Sequence record: PZ402305.1
Length of the DNA stretch: 64,000 nt
Source: a phage
Direction: 5' to 3' (one strand)
Shown: piece after piece, positions 35,918 through 44,943 of the stretch
How positions within the stretch are numbered: position 1 is the first letter of the stretch
How the letters are laid out: each line of letters begins with the position of its first letter
Notes under the pieces: model-generated
The model's database searches: none
Told to the model about the DNA's origin: nothing
Seen by the model: only the letters and a program-made list of their open reading frames with translations
Program-made: the position numbers and the translations under genes

Positions 35918-35950
35918 TTGACATTTATTTTATGTATGGTATACATACAT
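35918..35950 (+). promoter_or_regulatory. sigma70-like promoter
   Basis: TTGACA-N17-ATACAT; approximate. Confidence 0.4.
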
Positions 35951-35976
35951 TATCAACGTGAGCAAGGTGGTGTAAT

Positions 35977-36249
35977 ATGAATAAAGATCGGTTTCTTTCT
36001 TTAGTCGCGGAAGCTCCTTTTGATGTTCTTGGAGTGAGATTATGGAAAGACAGAAACTATGGGTTAGATGTTCAAACATACTCTCTTTGGTTGGTTGGGG
36101 AGCACAGCTTAGATGAAAGCTTGTGCATGGGTAGGGATTCTCGTTCCCTCTGTTTAAAGTTCAGAAGCTTAGAACGCGCAAACAAAGAGCAAGAAAAACT
36201 AACGAGGTGGCTAAATGAAAACAAGCGCAAGGTTGATGGAGTTTTATAA
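35977..36249 (+). CDS. hypothetical protein (90 aa)
   Basis: Track ORF. Confidence 0.6.
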   Translation: MNKDRFLSLVAEAPFDVLGVRLWKDRNYGLDVQTYSLWLVGEHSLDESLCMGRDSRSLCLKFRSLERANKEQEKLTRWLNENKRKVDGVL

Positions 36250-36541
36250 AATTTATCTAGCATGGATTGATGTTGGTGCTCCTGATGGTAAACCTTTTCG
36301 GCGGGATTGCGGTTTGTGTGCCAACTTATTCGACTATGTGCACAGAGGCAATTACAACCCCATTATAACAACCTTATCAGATGAAATGCACGCGCAGTTC
36401 CACTATAAAGGGTTGAGTCAAGAACTCCCTTTCAATGAGAACTATGATGCATATGTTTTAGAGTCAGATGCAGATGCCTGTCACCTGAACGTGGACAGGA
36501 TTAATTGGGTGAAAGATCGTATTGCAGAGGAGAATGAATAG
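36215..36541 (+). CDS. Paralog family member 4
   Basis: FYKIYLAWIDVGAP, CGLCANL, KGLSQELPFNE, RINWVKDRI; GAGGTGG RBS; start may instead be ATG at 36236. Confidence 0.6.
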   Translation: MKTSARLMEFYKIYLAWIDVGAPDGKPFRRDCGLCANLFDYVHRGNYNPIITTLSDEMHAQFHYKGLSQELPFNENYDAYVLESDADACHLNVDRINWVKDRIAEENE

Positions 36542-36768
36542 TGGCTGCTTATAATTGGTATGAACTTGAAGCTGTTTGTCAGTTTTATGACTCAATAGTT
36601 CTGCGTGATCCAATCTGTCAAGAATTGAGTCGCCGTGCAAGTGCATTGGCAATCCGTGTTAAAATAAACGGTTGGAACGCAGATTTGGAAAAAGAGTTGG
36701 AATTTCTCTTAGAAAACACGCGGGTCTTCCGCAAAGTGTTCCCTGAATGGTTTGAGATGGAAGAATGA
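36541..36768 (+). CDS. hypothetical protein (75 aa)
   Basis: Track ORF. Confidence 0.6.
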   Translation: MAAYNWYELEAVCQFYDSIVLRDPICQELSRRASALAIRVKINGWNADLEKELEFLLENTRVFRKVFPEWFEMEE

Positions 36769-36986
36769 TCATGTGGATTGTGCGTCTTAAGTATGATGGC
36801 CCTAATCCTTGGGTGAGAACAGTTTGCGGATGTGATACTAAAGAGTCAGCAGATAAAGCTGGAAGAATGATAAGTGCCTTTTATAATAGTAAACCTCTTT
36901 GTTTAGAAATGTCTGGTGTGGTTTGTATGAGCATGTTCGAATACTACTCTTATGAGATCAAAGAACACCAAGGGGAATGGAAATAA
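36765..36986 (+). CDS. hypothetical protein (73 aa)
   Basis: Track ORF. Confidence 0.6.
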   Translation: MIMWIVRLKYDGPNPWVRTVCGCDTKESADKAGRMISAFYNSKPLCLEMSGVVCMSMFEYYSYEIKEHQGEWK

Positions 36987-36990
36987 ATAG

Positions 36991-37020
36991 TTGACAGAAG
37001 GATCTGTCTTTGTCATAATC
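36991..37020 (+). promoter_or_regulatory. sigma70-like promoter
   Basis: TTGACA-N17-CATAAT. Confidence 0.5.
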
Positions 37021-37048
37021 ATCTCATCGAAACAAAGAGGAGAAAATC

Positions 37049-37462
37049 ATGAAAAAGTTTATTTGCACCCGTTCCACTAACAGTGATATCCTTGTAGGTA
37101 AGGTTATCAAAGGAGAACTCTTCCATGCAAACGGTAAGAAATATATTTTGCTGAAAGATTCTTTCAACGGGGAATATCCGCGCTGCACTTTCTTCAATTA
37201 CAACACTCCATTTGCTTTAGAAGGAGATGCTTGGGACTGGGCTGAACTCAATCCTTGTTGTGAGGAAGAAGAATCTATGTTCTTGGGTTTAAACGTTTAC
37301 CGTGTAGATTACACCATGTGCGGAGCGGAACATTCTGTTCGCGTAGAAGCCGAATCCAAACTACAAGCACCTTTCAAGGCGGGATTGACTTTGGGTCATT
37401 GTTTGGCAAACATTGAAGATGTTGTGATCCAAAGGGTTGTTTTAGAGAAAGAGGCTATTTGA
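37049..37462 (+). CDS. hypothetical protein (137 aa)
   Basis: Track ORF. Confidence 0.6.
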   Translation: MKKFICTRSTNSDILVGKVIKGELFHANGKKYILLKDSFNGEYPRCTFFNYNTPFALEGDAWDWAELNPCCEEEESMFLGLNVYRVDYTMCGAEHSVRVEAESKLQAPFKAGLTLGHCLANIEDVVIQRVVLEKEAI

Positions 37463-37514
37463 GAGAAGACGGCACAATATTTAAATATAAAGATTAACCA
37501 CAAAGGAGATAGAT

Positions 37515-37814
37515 ATGCAAGTTGAAGACCTGATCAAAATTTTGAATGAAGCCAAAGAGAAAGGTGCTATCAAAGACTGGAAACGTGAAACAAGTGAAGA
37601 TCTATCTCACTGTTGCCGAGAATTTTACATCGAAGGTATTGCTGACGATCATTATATTATCGAATGGTATATCAACTTAATGACTCTTAAGCACGGTTCG
37701 TTTGAGGTTTGGTTTGATGACATTGATGTAAATGGTTTTCATCCTGGCTATAAAATCGCTATGCAGTTATCTTATCGTAGAGAAGTTGTAGCACATTTAG
37801 GTTTACATAACTAA
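37515..37814 (+). CDS. hypothetical protein (99 aa)
   Basis: Track ORF. Confidence 0.6.
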   Translation: MQVEDLIKILNEAKEKGAIKDWKRETSEDLSHCCREFYIEGIADDHYIIEWYINLMTLKHGSFEVWFDDIDVNGFHPGYKIAMQLSYRREVVAHLGLHN

Positions 37815-37824
37815 GGAGAAAAGA

Positions 37825-38148
37825 ATGCAAGCAGTTGTTAACGAAGCTATTATGAACTTATCCTTCTTGTTAGCTGGTTTAGGAGGTGTTCTCATAGGTT
37901 TGGCTCTTATCTGGTGTATTCGTCGATTAATCGGGTACCGACAAAAAGGTGTTTCATGTTTTGTATCTTACAATTTTACAACTGCTTACAGCAATGAAGT
38001 TGGATCTGGCAATGCTCAAGCATTTTTACCAACATATCCTCCTACGGTGGAAGATATTCGAAACTTGGAAGTAGAACTTATGGGACTAAGTGATAACTAT
38101 ACATCTCTAGTTATTCAAAATATTTTTCGACTAAAACAGGAGGCGTGA
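37825..38148 (+). CDS. membrane protein (107 aa)
   Basis: Hydrophobic N-terminal helix. Confidence 0.6.
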   Translation: MQAVVNEAIMNLSFLLAGLGGVLIGLALIWCIRRLIGYRQKGVSCFVSYNFTTAYSNEVGSGNAQAFLPTYPPTVEDIRNLEVELMGLSDNYTSLVIQNIFRLKQEA

Positions 38149-38361
38149 ATGAAGGTACATTACCCTCATCCATTTGATCCTAAAAACAAAGCCGTAATTC
38201 TTCGTCAGTGGCAACGGGTTTGTCGTACTAAATGTCCAATCAATAGCCCACACAATGTAGACAAGGACTATCTTGGGACATTTGTTGAATACACTTACAT
38301 AGACAAAAACAAGCGTAAACAACATGTCGAGGAATACTGCTTAAGAGTAGAATGGCTGTAA
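38149..38361 (+). CDS. hypothetical protein (70 aa)
   Basis: Track ORF. Confidence 0.6.
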   Translation: MKVHYPHPFDPKNKAVILRQWQRVCRTKCPINSPHNVDKDYLGTFVEYTYIDKNKRKQHVEEYCLRVEWL

Positions 38362-38374
38362 ATAATAAATACCT

Positions 38375-38405
38375 TGACAAGTGTTTATTCGTTTTGTAAA
38401 GTGAG
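38375..38405 (+). promoter_or_regulatory. sigma70-like promoter of recombinase gene
   Basis: TTGACA-N17-TAAAGT; approximate. Confidence 0.45.
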
Positions 38406-38431
38406 AATACAGCAATGGTTTAGGAGTGGTT

Positions 38432-39103
38432 ATGAAAAAGTTTGTTGTTTACAGTCGTCTTTCTAAACAGAAAAAAGGTGAGGCACAATATGGTATGGAG
38501 AGCCAAGAGAATGATATCCGTTACTTCTTAGACTCTGTGCCTGATGCGGAAGTTATTGGTCAATTTTCTGAATACTATTCGGGTAAGGGCGATTGGAAGC
38601 AACGTAAGGAACTGGTTAAAGCGGTTGAAATGTGTAAAGCTACCGGAGCAACTTTATTGGTAGCTAAAGTTGACCGCTTGGGTCGTAATAACGCCTCCGT
38701 AGCAACTCTTCTAGAAATGATTGATGTTAAGATAGCCATCATGCCAGACGCAGATAAAATGGTTATACAGCTTCTGTCTGTTCTGGCTGAACAAGAAGTT
38801 AGAGGTATTGCTGATCGTATTAAAAAGGGTCTTGCTGTAGCAAAAAGCAAAGGTGTTTTATTAGGCAGTGCCAATCCTAAAACTGCCGCTGCACGTAGAA
38901 AAGGAAAAATGGAATACAACTCTGTTAAAGCAGACGCTTTTGCAGAGACATTCCGTGAACGCTTGGAGATCCTTAGAGATTTAAATACACCTTACAAAAC
39001 TATTGCTGAAAAATTCAATAGTAAGAAAATAGCAACAGCACGTGGTGGTAAATGGGATGCTAAAACTGTTTCTCGTTTGTGTGCCAGACTGAACATTAAA
39101 TAG
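38432..39103 (+). CDS. Serine recombinase (resolvase/invertase family)
   Basis: VYSRLSK, TLLVAKVDRLGRNNASVATLLEMI, LLSVLAEQEVRGIADRIKKGLAVAKSKG align with Hin/Gin catalytic domain; C-terminal GGKWDAKTVSRL; start ATG after AGGAG. Confidence 0.75.
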   Translation: MKKFVVYSRLSKQKKGEAQYGMESQENDIRYFLDSVPDAEVIGQFSEYYSGKGDWKQRKELVKAVEMCKATGATLLVAKVDRLGRNNASVATLLEMIDVKIAIMPDADKMVIQLLSVLAEQEVRGIADRIKKGLAVAKSKGVLLGSANPKTAAARRKGKMEYNSVKADAFAETFRERLEILRDLNTPYKTIAEKFNSKKIATARGGKWDAKTVSRLCARLNIK

Positions 39104-39111
39104 GAGAGGAT

Positions 39112-39534
39112 ATGAAACAAGAAAATGAACCTGTAGATCACTTAATCATGCTGTCAGCCCTTTTTGCCGGATGGGACGTATTTTTTGAAAATTTGTTCAA
39201 TTCTGCTACAGATGGTTCCGATTTTATGCGCCAGTTTAAACGACGAACTGTTGAGGACTATGCTTTCTATTCAGGTCGGATTGAAAAAGGTTACGAAGAT
39301 ACAAATACAACACTCACCATTAAAGTTTTAGATGTGATGTTTAGTGTTATAGATGCTATCGACGAAAGTCTTCCGATCCTAGATAATTGTAATACGAAAG
39401 TCTATGTTTACAAAATAGCTCGTGCTTATGTGTCTGCAAACAGTTGTCTTCTTTCCACCCAGATTGCCGTGAACAATCTTGCCAACTTGTTTGATGAAGG
39501 AGAAACTTTTTATGACAATCGATTTGAAGTGTAA
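39112..39534 (+). CDS. hypothetical protein (140 aa)
   Basis: Track ORF. Confidence 0.6.
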   Translation: MKQENEPVDHLIMLSALFAGWDVFFENLFNSATDGSDFMRQFKRRTVEDYAFYSGRIEKGYEDTNTTLTIKVLDVMFSVIDAIDESLPILDNCNTKVYVYKIARAYVSANSCLLSTQIAVNNLANLFDEGETFYDNRFEV

Positions 39535-39877
39535 GAGGATTCTTTTAGATTTCTATAATAATTGGTTAGAACACCTCCGGCTCTTTCCAAGAGAAAGTGG
39601 TTACGCTGATGTTGGCTTATGCCGAGGTCTACGTATGTATATAAGTGATGAATTTCGGGCCGAGCATTCTTTAGCATATTCTGTTTATGGTATGCAATTA
39701 GCCAGTTTTGAAAACGCTGGCTTAGATACAACTTTCCCATTTAACACAGCAAAATCTTTTGAGCAAGAGTGTAAGGAAAAACGTTGCATGTTTAATGAAA
39801 AACGTGTACAGTGGGTTAAGGATCGAGTTAAACAACTGGAACAAGAGTTGGATTTCTTCTATGATGAGGCAGAATAA
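39512..39877 (+). CDS. Paralog family member 5
   Basis: FYNNWLEH, VGLCRGL, AGLDTTFPFN, RVQWVKDRV; GAAGGAGAAA RBS. Confidence 0.6.
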   Translation: MTIDLKCKRILLDFYNNWLEHLRLFPRESGYADVGLCRGLRMYISDEFRAEHSLAYSVYGMQLASFENAGLDTTFPFNTAKSFEQECKEKRCMFNEKRVQWVKDRVKQLEQELDFFYDEAE

Positions 39878-40149
39878 TGGATAGACAAACCTTAAAAACA
39901 ATGGCAGATGCCACTAATTCCCCGTACTTTGAAAAAGTAAGTAAATTGGTAGCTCAAGCCGCAGAGGAAGGATATTATAACATAAACATCCACAACCCAA
40001 GTCTTATACTAGAAATGCCAAGTGATAAGAAGATACAAGAGAGTATCTGTGAAGGTATTGTTAGTTACTGGCGCGAGCGTGGGTGTGGTGCAAACATGGC
40101 TTTAGACAGTGCAAACATTGTAAGATATATAAATATTTCTTGGGGGTGA
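39877..40149 (+). CDS. hypothetical protein (90 aa)
   Basis: Track ORF. Confidence 0.6.
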   Translation: MDRQTLKTMADATNSPYFEKVSKLVAQAAEEGYYNINIHNPSLILEMPSDKKIQESICEGIVSYWRERGCGANMALDSANIVRYINISWG

Positions 40150-40153
40150 TTTT

Positions 40154-40765
40154 ATGATTCAATGCACTCATATCCAAATTACTTGGAGAGATGAACTTTA
40201 CCATTTGGGACAATTTACTGTAGGGGAAACATACCCTGTCATTAAACATAATCCTAACATCGCAAACTTTGATAGGATGGTTCTTGTTGAGGACGATCTG
40301 GGTCAAACTTATTCTTTAGATCTAAAATATCCGTTTTCTTACGGCTACGATTGGATCGTTACTTTTGAAGACGTGGAGGAAAATAAAACAATGAACGAAA
40401 AAAATTCTTGGTATTATCGTTGTGAACTGCCGCCAGTAGGTGAAAAGGTTATCTTTGTTCCTGATTTGGAAAGATATTCTTGGGACAGTTCTTATTCTGT
40501 TCCTAAAGAAGGCACCGAAGTTGAAGTTATTGCACATCGCACGACTTCGCATGGTAACGATGTAGCAGTTGTTTTCTGGGATGATGAAGGCGCTGCTTGT
40601 GCAGGTGGCTTTGTTGCAGGTAACTTTGAACCCCTGCCAGATCCTTTGAAGGAGGCAATTTTAGGCGTAGCTTCTTTTGGACTCTCTTACACGTCTGCAC
40701 AGGAGATCGTAGAAGGTATTTTAAACGGTACTGTTCCAAACGAAATTTTCAAACAGATTAAATAA
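40154..40765 (+). CDS. hypothetical protein (203 aa)
   Basis: Track ORF. Confidence 0.6.
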   Translation: MIQCTHIQITWRDELYHLGQFTVGETYPVIKHNPNIANFDRMVLVEDDLGQTYSLDLKYPFSYGYDWIVTFEDVEENKTMNEKNSWYYRCELPPVGEKVIFVPDLERYSWDSSYSVPKEGTEVEVIAHRTTSHGNDVAVVFWDDEGAACAGGFVAGNFEPLPDPLKEAILGVASFGLSYTSAQEIVEGILNGTVPNEIFKQIK

Positions 40766-40800
40766 CAGTTGCACCCCGTTCTGCGGGGTGTTATTGTATA
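40766..40800 (+). terminator. Rho-independent terminator
   Basis: GCACCCCGTTCTGCGGGGTGTTATTG. Confidence 0.5.
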
Positions 40801-40816
40801 TGTAAAGGAGGCGCTA

Positions 40817-41155
40817 ATGTATTACACTGAAGACTACATATTGTATAACTTTTTTAAAGGTTGGTTGAAATGGGCGGAACAAGCTCCTGTCGGAGATTGT
40901 GTTTTTCCTTGGGATTCTCGTCAAGGCTTGTGTCGTTGTTTGGAAGATTGGCTTATAACCACAAACTACAATTCAGAAACTAAGAAATCTACATCAAACA
41001 GATTAAAAATGTTGTTTGAAGAAGATGGTTTAGATCCAATTTATCCTTTCGGTGAGGAAAGTTTCCACAATGGTCTTTTCCTTGGCACTCAACATTATGA
41101 TAAAGATCGTGTAGATTGGGTAAAAGAAAAGGTAGCACAGTATGAATGGGGTTAA
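40817..41155 (+). CDS. Paralog family member 6
   Basis: FFKGWLKWAEQAP, QGLCRCL, DGLDPIYPFGE, RVDWVKEKV; AAAGGAGG RBS. Confidence 0.6.
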   Translation: MYYTEDYILYNFFKGWLKWAEQAPVGDCVFPWDSRQGLCRCLEDWLITTNYNSETKKSTSNRLKMLFEEDGLDPIYPFGEESFHNGLFLGTQHYDKDRVDWVKEKVAQYEWG

Positions 41156-41345
41156 GAATTATCACCGCTGGTTAGAAAGCTATCTTAAGAAATGTGAACT
41201 TGGTGTTCCAGGTTATACTTACGACACGGATGAGATTCTTGACGAAATGGAAGTTTGGTTTAAAGAGCCTCGTGAACTATTGGAAAACATTCTAATGGCT
41301 TGGGATGGTACGGCACAAAGCATTGAAGGAGGTAGAAATGAGTAA
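41142..41345 (+). CDS. hypothetical protein (67 aa)
   Basis: Track ORF. Confidence 0.6.
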   Translation: MNGVKNYHRWLESYLKKCELGVPGYTYDTDEILDEMEVWFKEPRELLENILMAWDGTAQSIEGGRNE

Positions 41346-41472
41346 GAAATTGTTTAATATTCGTGAGAACCGTGATGGATCGTTCTCTGTAGTCAATGAG
41401 TTTAACGTTTCGGTTGGGACTTTTATTACTAAACGTCAAGCAGAACAAGTAAGAGATACTTTAAACAAGTAA
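41338..41472 (+). CDS. small hypothetical protein (44 aa)
   Basis: Not in track; GGAGGTAGAA upstream; overlaps previous stop. Confidence 0.4.
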   Translation: MSKKLFNIRENRDGSFSVVNEFNVSVGTFITKRQAEQVRDTLNK

Positions 41473-41489
41473 ATTTTTAAGGGGGACTT

Positions 41490-41909
41490 ATGTTAGGTAA
41501 GATCAAAGCTTTTTTCAAACGTATTGTTGAAGGAAGTCCAACAGAAGGTGCATTAGGAAGATCTCTAACAGGAGAACCACTTGCCATAATTTCTATCAGT
41601 CGGCATGGGGGATATTCCATTCGACAAACACCTTTAGGTATAAAAGGTAGTATGCTTTCTTGGACAATATCTCAAGTTGGTGATAACAGACTTGCAGCTA
41701 TAGCATTGCTTCGTGGGGAGTATGACTATTGTTTATCAGCATCTTGTAAAAAGCACCTTATAGAGCACATTAAAGACAGAGTAGAAAGAGAAGGCGGATA
41801 CTTTTTCGAAACTAAGAGAAACGAACAAGGAACTCTTGACTTCACTAAGGTTTACTGGGACAATCATACTCGTCAAACTGTTGAACAACTTCTGGAGGAA
41901 AGATGTTAA
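41490..41909 (+). CDS. hypothetical protein (139 aa)
   Basis: Track ORF. Confidence 0.6.
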   Translation: MLGKIKAFFKRIVEGSPTEGALGRSLTGEPLAIISISRHGGYSIRQTPLGIKGSMLSWTISQVGDNRLAAIALLRGEYDYCLSASCKKHLIEHIKDRVEREGGYFFETKRNEQGTLDFTKVYWDNHTRQTVEQLLEERC

Positions 41910-42112
41910 AAGCTTTTGCTGTATACTCTACTGTAGGATTCTTTTATTGGATTATAGTTGTTGTTGGATGTTGGTTGGGTTCTTCTGTTGTGATGGGAGA
42001 ATGGTTAACATACAATGTATTTGAATGGGATGTAGTTTGTAGATCATTACTTGTTATATGGACTGCTATTGTTTGTTGGATAACTGTTAGTCTAACATTA
42101 GATCTATATTGA
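41903..42112 (+). CDS. small membrane protein (69 aa)
   Basis: Two hydrophobic helices. Confidence 0.6.
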   Translation: MLKAFAVYSTVGFFYWIIVVVGCWLGSSVVMGEWLTYNVFEWDVVCRSLLVIWTAIVCWITVSLTLDLY

Positions 42113-42214
42113 TTAATAGATGGTAGATAGATGATCATAGTTTATCTACCTTCACTTACGTTTCATACCTCACTATCGTGAGTAACATGAAACATTATTA
42201 TATAGAAATCTACT

Positions 42215-42271
42215 ACTCGCTATCGCTCGTAAACATATGTTTAGGGTACCATATTTTTTTGAAAAAGTCAA
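42215..42271. repeat. Conserved ~55 bp intergenic element, copy B
   Basis: ACTCGCTATCGCTCG + hairpin (TAAACA-TA-TGTTTA) + TAGGGTACCATATTTTTTTGAAAAAGTCAA; same orientation as copy A. Confidence 0.6.
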
Positions 42272-42404
42272 TGCTGACTCACCTATCAATTATCTGTTTA
42301 AGATAAGTCTTACCTATCAATCTAACTCTTAACTAGTATTGTACCTATAGTAAGACTATTCCTATAGTTATTAACCATCTTCTTCTGTAGAATGTAATTA
42401 GATC

Positions 42405-42435
42405 CTTGACAAACTCACAAAGCTTGTGTTACATT
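42405..42435 (+). promoter_or_regulatory. sigma70-like promoter
   Basis: TTGACA-N17-TTACAT upstream of AGGAGG and ATG at 42473. Confidence 0.45.
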
Positions 42436-42472
42436 GTGTCTCACAGGTGAATAATACCGAACAGGAGGAAGA

Positions 42473-42688
42473 ATGAGTTCCAATTTTCTATACAAAGCAA
42501 AAGATTCACGAGATGGAGAGAACCATTGGTGGTTGATCACAGTAGATGGTGTTATCATCCTACCGTGGGACGGAGAGACGAAAGTTCAAATACTAGAGAA
42601 AGTAAAAGGTGTTAGTTTTAATGTTAGTCATGACATAACAACTTTCAAAGCTTTTGCTATGAATCCTAGTCTTGTTGCTGAATGGTAA
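42473..42688 (+). CDS. hypothetical protein (71 aa)
   Basis: Track ORF. Confidence 0.6.
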   Translation: MSSNFLYKAKDSRDGENHWWLITVDGVIILPWDGETKVQILEKVKGVSFNVSHDITTFKAFAMNPSLVAEW

Positions 42689-42701
42689 TCCAGGAGAAAA
42701 T

Positions 42702-42920
42702 ATGACTAAAATGTATGCAGCCGTTGATAAGCTGGATGGGTCTGATTCTGTTTTTATTTTGAATAAAATGGGTGTCTTAGTTTATGCCCGAACTTCTCAA
42801 AACATAGAGCACCAAGTGGAAGCAGCGCAAATTTTAGAGCAAATAACCCCTCCATACCTATATTCAAATGTTGAGCGTTTTAACGATGCACTTGGTCTGA
42901 CATTAATAGCGGAGTGGTAA
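42702..42920 (+). CDS. hypothetical protein (72 aa)
   Basis: Start moved to ATG after AGGAGAAAAT. Confidence 0.55.
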   Translation: MTKMYAAVDKLDGSDSVFILNKMGVLVYARTSQNIEHQVEAAQILEQITPPYLYSNVERFNDALGLTLIAEW

Positions 42921-42922
42921 TA

Positions 42923-43120
42923 ATGGCGAAAATGTTAGCAATTGATGATGTTGTAACAATTACTACGTCCATACCTTGTCCTCCTATGCCTTGCCCCTAT
43001 TGTGGTGGTGCAGGGTATGTTATGGCGGATGTAGGTCAAATCTACGAGTGTAATCCGTGCAAAACCACGGGCTATATCCAAACAGAGTCAGAGGAGAAAT
43101 ACTATGAGCCAAAACGCTAA
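42923..43120 (+). CDS. Cys-rich zinc-finger-like protein (65 aa)
   Basis: CPPMPCPYCGGAGY ... CNPCKTTGY (CxxCxGxG-like). Confidence 0.55.
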   Translation: MAKMLAIDDVVTITTSIPCPPMPCPYCGGAGYVMADVGQIYECNPCKTTGYIQTESEEKYYEPKR

Positions 43121-43553
43121 AGAAAGAGAAGTAATCACGGTAATCCGTCAGATGGAAGGTGCAGAAAACAATGCATTTGTTACTAAGATTCTTCTTAATA
43201 TTTTTGAAGATGTTGTTTTAAACAATCCTGGTCATAAAGATTATCAGTATGATGTTATGATGGGTGCTTTGCTTGAGATTAACAAAAACACTTTTGCTGA
43301 ATATGAGCAACACATGCTTTTACCAGAGGAAGATCAGGATTATTTGTTATCTGGTGCTTTAAGTGCACAAGAAAATTTCTACCACGTTCTTAATATGGCT
43401 TATGCAGATGAACTTGCTGTCTCCCTTGAAGAGCGGATTCAAATGGTTCGTGACGTAATGAATGAACAAATCCAAGAAGTTGAAGATCTGGTAGCAGAGC
43501 CTTTAGCAGAAATTCGTGCAGCTATTGAAAAACAAAAAGGAACTCAATCATGA
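43104..43553 (+). CDS. hypothetical protein (149 aa)
   Basis: Track ORF. Confidence 0.6.
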   Translation: MSQNAKEREVITVIRQMEGAENNAFVTKILLNIFEDVVLNNPGHKDYQYDVMMGALLEINKNTFAEYEQHMLLPEEDQDYLLSGALSAQENFYHVLNMAYADELAVSLEERIQMVRDVMNEQIQEVEDLVAEPLAEIRAAIEKQKGTQS

Positions 43554-43717
43554 TGCAAGTAGGTGATGTGGTTTGTCTTAAAGGTGCAAACAAACAAATG
43601 ACAGTAATAGAAAGTTATGGTGAATCTTGTAAAGTAACTTGGTTTGATGAAAACGGGGAGTTGCAACACGCTATATTCGATCAAAAAGCTTTGAGGAAGG
43701 TTGAAGAAAAAGAATGA
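43550..43717 (+). CDS. DUF2158-like small protein (55 aa)
   Basis: Not in track; VGDVVCLKGANKQMTV...CKVTWFDENGEL fits DUF2158 pattern as recalled; ATGA overlaps both ends. Confidence 0.5.
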   Translation: MMQVGDVVCLKGANKQMTVIESYGESCKVTWFDENGELQHAIFDQKALRKVEEKE

Positions 43718-43977
43718 GCCATCCGTCAATATTTTTCTGTTTTGTAGATCTTGAAAACGAGTCTTTAATCGTTGATAGTGAGGGTTACTTCACTTATTGG
43801 GAATCCGAGCACGAAACTATAAGTGTAGTGAAAGAAATTATGCAAACCAATCCAAACCTACCAGCGCATAAGTACGGTATTGCAAAAGTGTTTGTTACTA
43901 AAACAGAGTACACAAAAGAGCGAAGCACTTTGTACCATAATATTGAAGTGATTCACTATTTCAAAGATGTTATTTAG
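43714..43977 (+). CDS. hypothetical protein (87 aa)
   Basis: Track ORF. Confidence 0.6.
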   Translation: MSHPSIFFCFVDLENESLIVDSEGYFTYWESEHETISVVKEIMQTNPNLPAHKYGIAKVFVTKTEYTKERSTLYHNIEVIHYFKDVI

Positions 43978-43985
43978 GAGGTTAT

Positions 43986-44594
43986 ATGGAAGAGAAGATT
44001 TGGGATGGTAAAGATCCTTTAGAAGTTGGACACGTAGCGCGTGTCAAAAAATCTACTACAGGTCCTGGTTTTTCTGGTTTGTATCATATACCAGAAGAAG
44101 GTCAGCACGTTACAATTTTGGCTCGTGACAAACAAAACGGAGCAACGCCTGTGTGGATTGTTCGTTGGTATGACAAAGATCTTAACATTTGCTTGTCACC
44201 TATTATGGCTCATTTGCTGGAAGCCCCTTGCTCTGAAGAAGCTCTAATTTTTGTTTCGGCTTTTCAGAAAGCCACAGGTTTAACATTAGATGCAAAAGAT
44301 GTGCAAAAAGCATTTGACATTATTCAGGAAGACAACGATACTACATCTAACGACGAACTGGTTGAAGTTACAATCTTATCTTCAGCAGATATCCGAGAGA
44401 TTGATAATTGTGATTTTCCAATCACATTTAAAATGTCGCAGAAAGACATGCAGTCATCTGGAAGTTGTTTTGGTATACCTCGTTGGTTTTTTGATTCTAT
44501 CGAAAATTCTACTACAGAGGGATCAGACTATGATCAAGATGACATGCTTTGGTTCTTAAAAAACCGAGAGATTGTTCTCTCACCACTTAAATAA
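43986..44594 (+). CDS. hypothetical protein (202 aa)
   Basis: Track ORF. Confidence 0.6.
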   Translation: MEEKIWDGKDPLEVGHVARVKKSTTGPGFSGLYHIPEEGQHVTILARDKQNGATPVWIVRWYDKDLNICLSPIMAHLLEAPCSEEALIFVSAFQKATGLTLDAKDVQKAFDIIQEDNDTTSNDELVEVTILSSADIREIDNCDFPITFKMSQKDMQSSGSCFGIPRWFFDSIENSTTEGSDYDQDDMLWFLKNREIVLSPLK

Positions 44595-44603
44595 GGAGAA
44601 ATA

Positions 44604-44705
44604 ATGGTTTCATTTATCGTAGGTGTAGTTGTAGGCTATCTTATTAACAAATATCAAGACGTTATCACGGCAAAAGTAAAAGACATTTTAGACTCATCTA
44701 AATAA
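44604..44705 (+). CDS. small membrane peptide (33 aa)
   Basis: Not in track; AAGGAGAAATA upstream; followed by hairpin. Confidence 0.4.
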   Translation: MVSFIVGVVVGYLINKYQDVITAKVKDILDSSK

Positions 44706-44707
44706 TC

Positions 44708-44745
44708 TATCAAAGCTGCATCTTCAATAGGTGCAGCCTTTTAAA
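44708..44745 (+). terminator. Hairpin terminator
   Basis: GCTGCATCTTCAATAGGTGCAGCCTTTT. Confidence 0.45.
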
Positions 44746-44757
44746 AGGAGATATGGC

Positions 44758-44931
44758 ATGACTAAACGCACTGATTTTAAATGTATGCATTGTGGGAAAT
44801 CTTTTGGGGATCATCAAGCTCGCACATTCAACTGTCCACGTAAAGGTCGCGGAAATTTTAAAGGTTTTAATCCCGCACATGTTTATTCTCCAGATTACGA
44901 TAAGCCAGAAGAAGAAAAATTTGTTATTTAA
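44758..44931 (+). CDS. small zinc-ribbon protein (57 aa)
   Basis: CMHCGK ... NCPRKG; start moved to ATG at 44758. Confidence 0.5.
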   Translation: MTKRTDFKCMHCGKSFGDHQARTFNCPRKGRGNFKGFNPAHVYSPDYDKPEEEKFVI

Positions 44932-44943
44932 TAAGGAGGTCAT

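Noticed and set aside
38300-39200. Invertible segment flanked by inverted repeats next to the serine recombinase
   Set aside because: No convincing inverted repeats flanking a plausible switch region were found by eye; left as an open question.
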